From the NCBI GenBank assembly GCA_963725145.1, contig CAVRXL010000012.1:1714141-1778140 (forward strand): DNA of 64,000 bases, in the 5' to 3' direction. Shown piece by piece: positions 15,160 through 23,400 of the stretch. Under the pieces are notes generated by a model. That model had not been told where the DNA came from and did no database searches. It saw only the letters and a list, made by a program, of their open reading frames with translations. The number at the start of each line of letters is the position of its first letter. Within the stretch, counting starts at the first letter, position 1. Source of the DNA: an uncultured Acidobacteriota bacterium (GTDB lineage: Bacteria > Acidobacteriota > Vicinamibacteria > Vicinamibacterales > 2-12-FULL-66-21). The translations under genes were made by a program, and so were the position numbers.

Positions 15160-17568
15160 CTACTCCCGAAGGGCGACGATCGGATCGACGCGCGCCGCGC
15201 GGCGCGACGGGATCCAGGCCCCGCAGGCCGCCGCGGCCAGCAGCAACGCTCCGATACCGAATGGTACTGCGGGCTCGAGCGCAAGCAGCCCGAACGTGTG
15301 CGACCCGAGCCACTGAGCCAGTCCCGCCGCGGAAGGCACGCCCACGATGCATCCGAACGCCACTGGGCGGACGGCGACGCGCAGGACGAGCCCCCCGAGC
15401 GATCGCGGCCGCGCCCCCAGCACGACGCGAATTCCCATCTCCCGGATCCGGAGCGCGACGGCCGACGCGGCGATGCCGTAGATGCCAGCCGTCGCGAGCG
15501 CGAGCGCGACGCCAGCCAGCGCCACTAGCAGCCAGGCGAGCGTCAGAAGCGGCGCCAGAGCGTCATCCACTTCCTCGCGCAGCGTGTAAATGCGGAGCGG
15601 AGGCGGATTCCGTTCGACGCTTCTCACGGCGGCGGCGAGAGGCGCCGAGAGCCCGGCCGGTGACCCGCTGGCTCGAAGGACGAAGGTCATCCCCCGGGCG
15701 GCCGTCTGCGCATGCGGCAAGTACAACGTTGGCCGCGGCCCGCTGTCGTACCAGTTCAATTGCACGTCCTCGACGATCCCGGCGACCTGGCACTCGGTGC
15801 CGTCCTGGAGCGCGAGTCGGCGTCCGAGCGGATCGCGATCGCGCCACAAGCGCGTGGCGAGCTGCCGGCTGACCAACCCGACGCGGGGTGCAGCGGCGGT
15901 ATCGGCGTCGGCGAACGATCGCCCACGCACGATTGACACGCCGAGCGCCGCCAGGCCGCGCGGATCGACGATCTGCACGTCTGCCGTCGGCGGGCGGGTG
16001 CCCTTCGCGGGCGGCTCTTCGGCGGGCCAGACACCGCTCGTCGGGTTCGGGACGTTGCTGGCGGGGGCGTTGCGCACGAGTCCAGCGACGCGCACGCCCG
16101 GCAAACGTGCGGCCGCGGCGGCCGCGCGCTCGAAGAACGCGACGACATCGCCCTCCGCGGCGAACCGGTGCGCGGGGGCCGTGACGCGCGCGAGCAGCAC
16201 ACGATCGGGATCGAACGCGTGGTAGGTTTCACGGACATCCCGCAGGCCCGCGCCGAACAACACGGCGGCCGTCAGCAGGACCACCGAGACGGCGGTCTGG
16301 AGGCCGAGCACCAACTCGTGGCTCCAGCCGGCGACGCCGCCCCCCGCGCGCCCTCCCAGCGCCATTGTTGCGGCGAGGTTCCCGCGGGCTCCGCGGATGC
16401 CGGACCAGGCGCCGACGGCGAGGCCGATGGCGGTGGCCGCGCACCAGGTCAGCACCGCCAGCGGCACATCGAGCTGGACGGTGTCCCAACCCGCGACCCA
16501 CTTCGCGATGCCGGGCGGGATACCGCGGCGAACGAGCGGTAGCGCCCATCGGGCGCAGACGATCGCCAGAGCGCCCGCCCCCGCGGAGAGCATCGCGGCT
16601 TCGAGGACGTACGGCCGGACCACGCGGAAGAGATCGGCGCCAAGCGCGGCGCGGACGGCCGCCTCCGGCCGGCCGTCCAGCACTTTCACGGTCATGACGC
16701 TGACCGCGTTGGCGACCGCGATGATCAGCACACCGAGCGCGACGATTTGAACGACCGAGAACAGACTGAGAGTGAACTCGTATTGCTCGGCACGCAGCGC
16801 CAGGAGTCGGAAGCTCCGCCCGCCGTGCGTGTCCGGATGCTCGGCCGCCAGAAAGGCCGCGACGCGGCGGGCGTCCGCTTCAGCCGCCGCCGCGGTCACG
16901 CCGCGCTTCAGGAGCGCGACGACCTGCAGGCTGCGCGTCGTGCGATCCTCGGATTCCGCCGGCGACAGCGCGAGCGGAATCCAGACATCGACCGCGAGCG
17001 GATAGCGGGCGGTGGCCACGCCGATGACGCTGAACGTGCGGCCGTCGATCAGGAGTGAACGGCCGAGTACCGCCGCGCCGCCCAGCCTCTCCCGCCAGAA
17101 CATCTCGCTCAGAACCGCGACACCGTCGCGGCCAGGCGTTTCCTCCTCCGGACCGAACGTCCGTCCGATGGCGGCCCGAACATCCAGCGCCGTCCAGAAA
17201 CTGGCTGACGTCTCCGCAACATGAATCTGCTCCGCCTCGGTCCCGGAGCCGAGCATGCGGCCCCGGAAGCGGAACGCGGACACGACTTCGAACGCTTCGC
17301 CGCGCGTTCGCAGAGCGGCGACGTCCGCAGGCGTCACCGGATCTCGCTGCTCGACGCCCGTCACCGGCACGTCGTCCCGCACGAGCATCAACCTGTCGAG
17401 GGTGCTGAACGGCAGCGGGCGCCACAGGAGCGCCCGGACCACGCCGGTCGCGGTGGCAGCCGCCGTCAAGCCCAGAGCGAGGGTCACCACGAAGATGGCC
17501 GCACCCGCGGGCCGGCGCGTCAGCCGCCGCAGCGCAAGCCGGAGATCGAGTAGGAGTCCGTTCATCAT
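15160..17568 (-). CDS. ADOP-family duplicated orphan permease (MacB/FtsX-like, no adjacent ATPase)
   Basis: 802 aa. LRLALRRLTRRPAGAAIFVVTLALGLTAAT start, two MacB_PCD/FtsX modules, and C-terminal PSRRAARVDPIVALRE. Confidence 0.85.
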   Translation of the reverse strand: MMNGLLLDLRLALRRLTRRPAGAAIFVVTLALGLTAAATATGVVRALLWRPLPFSTLDRLMLVRDDVPVTGVEQRDPVTPADVAALRTRGEAFEVVSAFRFRGRMLGSGTEAEQIHVAETSASFWTALDVRAAIGRTFGPEEETPGRDGVAVLSEMFWRERLGGAAVLGRSLLIDGRTFSVIGVATARYPLAVDVWIPLALSPAESEDRTTRSLQVVALLKRGVTAAAAEADARRVAAFLAAEHPDTHGGRSFRLLALRAEQYEFTLSLFSVVQIVALGVLIIAVANAVSVMTVKVLDGRPEAAVRAALGADLFRVVRPYVLEAAMLSAGAGALAIVCARWALPLVRRGIPPGIAKWVAGWDTVQLDVPLAVLTWCAATAIGLAVGAWSGIRGARGNLAATMALGGRAGGGVAGWSHELVLGLQTAVSVVLLTAAVLFGAGLRDVRETYHAFDPDRVLLARVTAPAHRFAAEGDVVAFFERAAAAAARLPGVRVAGLVRNAPASNVPNPTSGVWPAEEPPAKGTRPPTADVQIVDPRGLAALGVSIVRGRSFADADTAAAPRVGLVSRQLATRLWRDRDPLGRRLALQDGTECQVAGIVEDVQLNWYDSGPRPTLYLPHAQTAARGMTFVLRASGSPAGLSAPLAAAVRSVERNPPPLRIYTLREEVDDALAPLLTLAWLLVALAGVALALATAGIYGIAASAVALRIREMGIRVVLGARPRSLGGLVLRVAVRPVAFGCIVGVPSAAGLAQWLGSHTFGLLALEPAVPFGIGALLLAAAACGAWIPSRRAARVDPIVALRE

Positions 17569-17642
17569 GCGCAGGTGGACGCCCGCTGCGCCGGGTGCGT
17601 TCGTGCTGGAGCGCTGAGGAAGTTCTGAGGACGGCCAGCCGA

Positions 17643-18200
17643 CTAGAAAATCAGGTCGTGAATCGTTTTGAGGATGCCGACCACAGCGTCATGGTGGGCT
17701 CTGTTCGGGTGCGTCTCCAGACTCTCGGCGATCCAGAACGCCAGCGGGACCGCGGCGGCAAAGGCGGCGGCAAGCGCCGCACGCCGGCGCCGGCGACTCG
17801 GCAAGCCCGAAACCTGCGGCAGGAACCGGTAGCCCTTCCGTGCGACGGTTTCGATGAAGACCGGCTGCCGCGCGTTGTCGCCGAGGGCCGCGCGCACTTG
17901 TCGAATGCAGTAGTTCAGACCCTGGTCGAACTCGACGTGCGTTCCCTCGGGCCAGACGGAGACGCGCAGCTCCTCGCGGGTCACCAGCGAACCCGGCCGG
18001 GTGACAAGGGCGGCGAGTACGCGCGCCGGCTGCGGCTCGAGGGGGACGATGGCGCCTGACTGGTCGAGCAGCTCCCCTGCCACCGGGTCAAAGCTGAACG
18101 GTCCGAACCGGAGCACTCTGGATAAGACGAGCGGCGCCAAGGCGGGGTTCAAGGCGTCCGAACGACGAGAGTGCGGCGCGTATCGGCGTTCCGGACCCAC
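17643..18200 (-). CDS. ToxR/CadC-like membrane-anchored winged-helix regulator
   Basis: LRFGPFSFDPVAGELL...PQPARVLAALVTRPGSLVTREELRVSVWPEGTHVEFDQGLNYCIRQVRAALGDNARQPVFIETVARKGYRF, then an RRRRR stop-transfer sequence plus TM helix AALAAAFAAAVPLAFWIA and a ~30-aa tail. The listed start (18200) overlaps the upstream gene by 52 nt. A GTG at 18116 (giving MLRFGPFSFD) is an equally plausible start. Confidence 0.7.
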   Translation of the reverse strand: MGPERRYAPHSRRSDALNPALAPLVLSRVLRFGPFSFDPVAGELLDQSGAIVPLEPQPARVLAALVTRPGSLVTREELRVSVWPEGTHVEFDQGLNYCIRQVRAALGDNARQPVFIETVARKGYRFLPQVSGLPSRRRRRAALAAAFAAAVPLAFWIAESLETHPNRAHHDAVVGILKTIHDLIF

Positions 18201-19660
18201 GTCGAAGCCCGGCGCCCACCACGCGGGACGATGACCTCGACGTCAACCTTTCCCTCCCTGGGCAGACCGACGTGCACCGGCAGGTCGTTTTGCGAGTCAT
18301 ACCCCGATCCGGAGTCGACGAGGGACATGCCAAGGAGCGTGCGCTTCCCCGGCTCGAAGACACGCACTTCGGCGCCGGCGCGTGTCGCGCGGCCGCGGCG
18401 ATCGAGCACGCGCACCTGGATCGCCCGGTTCGGCGCGGCTGACGTCAGATCGTTCCGAAACAGCAGCGGCATGACGGCGGGGCCAACGCCTGTGAGCGCC
18501 AGATCCACATCGCCGTCGCCGTCGATGTCTCCCCACTGAACGCCATGGTCCGCGTCGAGCGCGCGGATGTTCTCCGGCGTCTCCTCGACGAACCGCGCTC
18601 CGGCGTTTCGGAACAGAAAGTCCCGGTAGCTCTTTCCGCCTGTTACGGTGCCGTTCACGTAGAGATCGACGCGGCCGTCATGGTCGATGTCGGCAAAAGC
18701 GCACGTGTCGTAGCGGGCGTCGATCGCGATTCCCCAGGCCTGCGAGGCGTCCTCGAACCGGCCACCGCCGTGGTTCAGGAACAGACCGTTCGGACCGTAG
18801 TTCGCGGCGAAGAGGTCGAGGTGGCCATCATTGTTGACGTCCGCGGCGCAGGGCCGGACCGTGCCGTTCGATGATTCGCGCGGCGCCCGGCCGCCCCAGG
18901 CCAGGCCGGCAGCCTCCGCCACGTCGCTGAATCGGCCGCCGTCTCGCCGGTACAGCGCATTCGCGTCGCCGTCCATGTGCGCGACGTAGGCGTCGAGGTC
19001 GCCATCTTCGTCGTAGTCGAACCAGACGGCGCCGACGCCGCGGCGGGCGTCAGCCAGGCCCAACTGCGACGCGACCTCCGTGAACGACCGTCCAGCCTCA
19101 TTCCGAAACAACACGTCCGCGCGATCGCGAAAGACGACGTGAAGGTCGAGGTCGTCGTCGCCGTCGAAGTCCACCCAGACGGGCTGACGAACCGCCCCGG
19201 CGTCGAGACCGACGCGGGCGTCGGCCGTCACGTCGGCGAATCGCCCGCGATCGTTTCGGTACAACCTGAGGACCGAGCCGGCTCCCGGCGTGAAGCCCAC
19301 GAGCAGGTCCGGATCGCCGTCGCGATCGAAATCGCCCCAGGCTGCCGCCCTGGTCGCGCGCGCATCGGCGAGGCCGACCGACGATGCTACGTCAACGAAG
19401 GTCCGGCTGCTTCCGGGGCCTGGGGCTTGGGGCGTGGGGCCTGGGGATTTGTCGTTTCGGTAGAGCCGGTTCGGGGCGCCGCCGAGGCCGACGAACAGAT
19501 CGAGGTCGCCGTCGCTGTCGTAGTCGGCGAAGGCGTTGACGAATGTGGCGCTCGCGGACAGTACGTCCGGATCAACAGGGTGAAACTGAAACGCCGATTG
19601 CGCGATCGCCCAGGCGATCAACGCTGGCGCGAGCGCCTTTCCCCAATCAGCACTCAGCAT
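18149..19660 (-). CDS. CRTAC1-family FG-GAP/VCBS repeat protein with UnbV/ASPIC C-terminal domain
   Basis: Repeated DxDGDxD...L(Y/F)RN...G.F.DV units, and a C-terminal VRVLDRRGRATRAGAEVRV...SGSGYDSQNDLPVHVGL. Confidence 0.8.
   Translation of the reverse strand: MLSADWGKALAPALIAWAIAQSAFQFHPVDPDVLSASATFVNAFADYDSDGDLDLFVGLGGAPNRLYRNDKSPGPTPQAPGPGSSRTFVDVASSVGLADARATRAAAWGDFDRDGDPDLLVGFTPGAGSVLRLYRNDRGRFADVTADARVGLDAGAVRQPVWVDFDGDDDLDLHVVFRDRADVLFRNEAGRSFTEVASQLGLADARRGVGAVWFDYDEDGDLDAYVAHMDGDANALYRRDGGRFSDVAEAAGLAWGGRAPRESSNGTVRPCAADVNNDGHLDLFAANYGPNGLFLNHGGGRFEDASQAWGIAIDARYDTCAFADIDHDGRVDLYVNGTVTGGKSYRDFLFRNAGARFVEETPENIRALDADHGVQWGDIDGDGDVDLALTGVGPAVMPLLFRNDLTSAAPNRAIQVRVLDRRGRATRAGAEVRVFEPGKRTLLGMSLVDSGSGYDSQNDLPVHVGLPREGKVDVEVIVPRGGRRASTWVRNADTRRTLVVRTP
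19415..19446. repeat. tandem heptamer GGGGCNT x4.5 (five G4 tracts, exact 7-nt period) inside the CRTAC1-like CDS
   Basis: GGGGCCTGGGGCTTGGGGCGTGGGGCCTGGGG, with GGGG at 19415, 19422, 19429, 19436 and 19443. On the coding (minus) strand it reads CCCCAGG CCCCACG CCCCAAG CCCCAGG and encodes SPGPTPQAPGPG. Confidence 0.85.
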
Positions 19661-19678
19661 TCCACATTCAGCATTGAT

Positions 19679-20437
19679 CTAGATGGTTTCCACTTCCCGT
19701 CCAAAGGACAGCCTCTCCACGTGAGAGAGCGCATCGTAGTCGGTCAGGTCGGGGTGGAGCGGCGTGACCGAGATGTAGCCGGCCTTGACGGCGGCGTAGT
19801 CGGACCGCTCGTTCGGTTCCCAGTCGCTCTGCCCTTCTTCGATCCAGAAATACGGCTGGTGCCTCGGATCGATCTTCTCGGCGACCGACGTGACGTGGTT
19901 GCGCCGGGCCTGGACTGTGATCTTGAAGCCCTTCGACTTGCCCTTCGGGACATTGACGTTGAGCAGCGTGCGCGCCGGCAGCCCGCTCTGCAGCACGGCG
20001 GCGGCGATGGCCGCGGCCGCGGACGCCGCGTGCGAGAAATCGAACGTCCCTCTCGTCCGTTCGAGCGAGACCGCGAGGCTCGGGATGCCGAGAAGCGCAC
20101 CTTCGAGCGCACCTGCGACGGTCCCCGAGTACGTCACGTCGTCGCCGAGGTTGTACCCCTTGTTGATGCCGGAGACGACCAGGTCCGGCATGCCGCCGAG
20201 CACCTTGGTGACGGCGATGTTCACGCAGTCGGTCGGCGTGCCGTCCACGCTGTAGGTCCGCTCGGCGACGGTTTCGAGCCGGAGCGGCCGCCTCAGCGTC
20301 AGCGCGTGGCCGATCGCGCTCGCTTCGGTCAACGGCGCGACGATCGTCACATCGCCGATCGGCTCCAGCGCCTTCGCGAGAATCGAAATACCGTCCGACC
20401 GCACGCCGTCGTCGTTTGTGACCAGAATCCGTGGCAT
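19679..20437 (-). CDS. surE: 5'/3'-nucleotidase SurE
   Basis: MPRILVTNDDGVRSDGI...VAPLTEASAIGHALT...SGINKGYNLGDDVTYSGTVAGALEG is the canonical SurE signature. Confidence 0.9.
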   Translation of the reverse strand: MPRILVTNDDGVRSDGISILAKALEPIGDVTIVAPLTEASAIGHALTLRRPLRLETVAERTYSVDGTPTDCVNIAVTKVLGGMPDLVVSGINKGYNLGDDVTYSGTVAGALEGALLGIPSLAVSLERTRGTFDFSHAASAAAAIAAAVLQSGLPARTLLNVNVPKGKSKGFKITVQARRNHVTSVAEKIDPRHQPYFWIEEGQSDWEPNERSDYAAVKAGYISVTPLHPDLTDYDALSHVERLSFGREVETI

Positions 20438-20449
20438 GAGAATCCCGAA

Positions 20450-21632
20450 TTATATCACCCGCGTGATCAGCGCCGCCGCGGCGACCGCAACCCCCGCGCC
20501 GGCCGCGAACGCGATCTCGGGACCGATCGACGTCCAGAGCCATCCGAACGCCAGGCTCGAGGCGAGCGCACCGACGCCAAGCAGCCCGTTGTAGATCCCG
20601 AACGCGGTGCCCTGTACCTGCGGCGGCGCCAGATCGGCGACGAGCGCCTTCTCCGCTCCTTCCGTCAGGCCGAAGTACACGCCGTACGCGACAAACAGCG
20701 CGACGAGCGCAGCGGCGCCGTCGAAGTACGCGAAGCCGGCGTAGATGACCGCGTACCACAGCCATCCGGAGACGATGAGCCTCTTGCGGCCGAACCGATC
20801 CGACAGACGGCCACCGTAGATGGATGAAGACGACTTGACGACGTGGAGAGCGGCCCAGACGATCGGAATCCAGACGGCCGCGACGCCGACGTCGGTCAGA
20901 CGGAGGAGCAGGAAGGCGTCGCTGGCGTTGCCGAGGGAGAAGAGGAAGATGATCCAGAGGACCTTCCAGAGACGGGGTGGTAACTGCGCACGGAGGGGAC
21001 GGAGGGATCCCCGTTCACTCCGTTCCTCCGTTGTTCCTCCGTTGCCTCCGCCACCTCCGTTGGCCCCAGTCTCGTCCCGTGGAAGCGTCACCACGAGCGC
21101 GATGACGATGATCCCGGGTATGACCGTGAGCGCGAAGAGCGTCCGGGTACTCGCCAGGATAGAAGAAGAGGAAGAGCGCGGCGGCAATCGGGCCCGCGAC
21201 CGCTCCCGCGTGATCCATTCCGCGGTGAAAGCCGAACACGCGGCCCCGGTTCGCGCCGCTCGCGAGTCGGGCGAGCATCGCGTCCCGGGGCGCGCCGCGG
21301 ATGCCCTTTCCGAGCCGATCGACGAACCGCAGGCCGAGCACCTGGACCCACCCGCCGGCCACCGACATGAGCGGCCGGACGGTCGAGGAGAGCGTGTAGC
21401 CGAACACGACGAGCGGCTTGCGCCGGTTCCACCGGTCCGACATGCGGCCGGCGACAATCTTGAGAACGCTGTTCGCCGCTTCGGCGACGCCTTCGATGAC
21501 GCCGAGCGACATGGCGCCCGCACCAAGCACCCGCGTCAGGAACAGCGGCAGCAGCGGGTACACCATCTCGCTGGCGAAGTCGGTGAAGAAGCTCACCCAG
21601 CCGAGCCGCCAGACGCCACGCGGTAGAGGCAT
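20450..21632 (-). pseudogene. MFS transporter, reading frame broken once as sequenced, with a repeat-encoded central loop
   Basis: ORF 21015-21632 gives the N-terminal half (VSFFTDFASEMVYPLLPLFL...MSDRWNRRKP...FLFFYPGEY). ORF 20450-21526 gives RTLFALTVIPG... and the C-terminal six helices. Deleting one C from the run at 21145-21147 joins them (..GEYRTLFAL..). Confidence 0.75.
20989..21064 (-). repeat. CGGAG-rich palindromic repeat, in-frame copy inside the MFS central-loop coding region
   Basis: The minus strand reads ..GGCAACGGAGGAACAACGGAGGAACGGAGTGAACGGGGATCCCTCCGTCCCCTCCGT.. This is nearly identical to GGGAACGGAGAAACAACGGAGGAACGGAGGTAACGGGG at 23459-23497 (core unit GGAACGGAG.. from 23461). 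It encodes GANGGGGGNGGTTEERSERGSLRPL. Confidence 0.7.
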
Positions 21633-21636
21633 GAGG

Positions 21637-21671
21637 GATTCTGAATTCTAGATTCTGAATTCTGGATTCTG
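21637..21671. repeat. five tandem AT-rich heptamers (RATTCTR) in the divergent MFS/hemH intergenic region
   Basis: GATTCTG AATTCTA GATTCTG AATTCTG GATTCTG. 20 nt (21638-21657) recur in inverted orientation at 37725-37745. Confidence 0.8.
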
Positions 21672-21684
21672 GAATAATTCCAGT

Positions 21685-22656
21685 GTGGTCCCTCCGTTTG
21701 ACGGCGTTCTCCTGATCGCGTTCGGCGGACCGCTGGGTCCTGCCGACGTGCGCCCGTTTCTCGCCAATGTGCTGCGAGGCCGCCGCGTCAGTCCCGAGCG
21801 CATCGAGGAAGTCGCCCATCACTACGAGCGTTTCGGCGGCGTCTCTCCCATCACCGACCTGACACGGCGGCAGGCGCGAGGCCTGGAAGCTCGGCTGGCG
21901 GCGCGAGGGCCGCGTCTGAAGGTGTTCGTCGGCATGCGGAACTGGCATCCGTTTCTGGCCGACACGCTGTCCGAGATGTCACGCGCGGGGATCCGGCATG
22001 CCCTCGGCGTGATCATGGCCGCGCATCGCAGCTATTCGGGCTGTCTGCAGTATCGCGAGAACGTCCGCGATGCGCGCGCCGCCGTGCAGGAAGCGGGGCT
22101 CGCCGACGTCGACATCACGTACGCAGGCGACTGGCACGAGCACCCGCGCTTCATCGATACGTGGGCCGCGCACGTCGAACGCGCGCTCGAGGCGCTGCCG
22201 CCAGACCGCCGCGCCGGCGCCCGGCTGGTGTTCACGGCGCACAGCATCCCGATGCCGATGGCGGACGCGTATCCCTACCGCGAGCAACTGCTGTCGTCGG
22301 CCCGTCTGATTGCCGAGCGGCTCCGGCGTTCCGACTGGACGCTCGTCTATCAAAGCCGGAGCGGACGTCCGGGCGACCCGTGGCTGGAGCCGGACGTCTG
22401 CGACTACCTTCGAGCGGCTCGGGCCGACGGACTCGAAGCGGCGGTGCTCTGCCCCATCGGGTTCGTCAGCGACCATGTCGAGGTCTTGTACGATCTCGAT
22501 CATGAGGCGTCCGCCGTCGCGCGCGAGATCGGCCTCGCTGCCGTCCGCGCGGAAACGCCGAACGACGACGCGGCGTTCATCGAGATGATGGTCGACGTCG
22601 TCCAGGCGGCGTGCGAGCGCTACGCGAGCGGCTTGCCCTTGCCGCTGGTCACTTAA
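21685..22656 (+). CDS. hemH: ferrochelatase
   Basis: GVLLIAFGGP...FLANVL...GGVSPI...MRNWHPF...AHSIP...SRSGRPGDPWLEPD...PIGFVSDHVEVLYDLD. The start is GTG. Confidence 0.9.
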   Translation: MVPPFDGVLLIAFGGPLGPADVRPFLANVLRGRRVSPERIEEVAHHYERFGGVSPITDLTRRQARGLEARLAARGPRLKVFVGMRNWHPFLADTLSEMSRAGIRHALGVIMAAHRSYSGCLQYRENVRDARAAVQEAGLADVDITYAGDWHEHPRFIDTWAAHVERALEALPPDRRAGARLVFTAHSIPMPMADAYPYREQLLSSARLIAERLRRSDWTLVYQSRSGRPGDPWLEPDVCDYLRAARADGLEAAVLCPIGFVSDHVEVLYDLDHEASAVAREIGLAAVRAETPNDDAAFIEMMVDVVQAACERYASGLPLPLVT

Positions 22657-22658
22657 CG

Positions 22659-23390
22659 ATGAGGACACGAAAAGCGCCAGCAATGAAGGATGACCTGGTC
22701 GCCCGCCGCCAGCGCTACATCGAGAGGCAGCGTGAGCTGAAAAAGGAAACCGTCAACGTCAGTTTCGCGGGTATGAAGCCGATGGGCACCGGACCCGCCA
22801 ACCGTGAGGGTCTGCCCCGCCTCCCGATCGGTCAGCACGAGGTGAAGAACTGGCCGGTGCTCGACCTCGGGGACGTGCCGGACATCTCGCTCGACCGATG
22901 GCGTCTAGAGCTCGCCGGCCTGGCCGAGAATCCGATGACGTTGACCTGGGACGACTTCACGAAGCTGCCTCAGGTCGAGGACGTCAGCGACTTCCACTGT
23001 GTGACGACCTGGAGCCGGTTCGGCAACCGTTGGAAGGGCGTGCGGTTCCGCACGCTCGCCGAGCTCGCTGTTCCGAGAGACGAGGCGCGCTTCGTCCTGT
23101 GCACCGGGTACGACGTGGCTCCGGGCACCAACATCCCGTACACGGTGAACGTCCCGCTCTCGCGGGCCGTCGAAGAGGACGTCCTGCTCGTGCACACCTG
23201 GGAGGGCAAGCCGCTTCCGCGCGAGCACGGCGGGCCGGTCCGGATCATCACGCCGAAGCTCTATGCGTGGAAGGGAGCCAAGTGGATCCGGAAGATCGAG
23301 TTCCTCGCGAAGGATCAGAAGGGGTTCTGGGAAGTGCGGGGGTACTCGAACACGGCGGAGCCGTGGTTTAACGATCGGTACTCATACTGA
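22659..23390 (+). CDS. sulfite-oxidase-like molybdopterin oxidoreductase (Moco domain only)
   Basis: WPVLDLGDVPDISLDRWRLELAGLAENPMTLTWDDF...DFHCVTTWSRFGNRWKGVRF...GGPVRIITPKLYAWKGAKWIRKIEF...GFWEVRGYS. ATG 22659 lies 2 nt after the hemH stop. Confidence 0.8.
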   Translation: MRTRKAPAMKDDLVARRQRYIERQRELKKETVNVSFAGMKPMGTGPANREGLPRLPIGQHEVKNWPVLDLGDVPDISLDRWRLELAGLAENPMTLTWDDFTKLPQVEDVSDFHCVTTWSRFGNRWKGVRFRTLAELAVPRDEARFVLCTGYDVAPGTNIPYTVNVPLSRAVEEDVLLVHTWEGKPLPREHGGPVRIITPKLYAWKGAKWIRKIEFLAKDQKGFWEVRGYSNTAEPWFNDRYSY

Positions 23391-23400
23391 GCCGGATGTC

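Noticed and set aside
19415-19446. Short repeat arrays as CRISPR or as minisatellite-encoded collagen-like protein
   Set aside because: The units are 7 nt with no spacers, and the arrays span at most ~45 nt. This is far from CRISPR architecture, and no cas genes are present. The encoded peptide is only ~12 aa.
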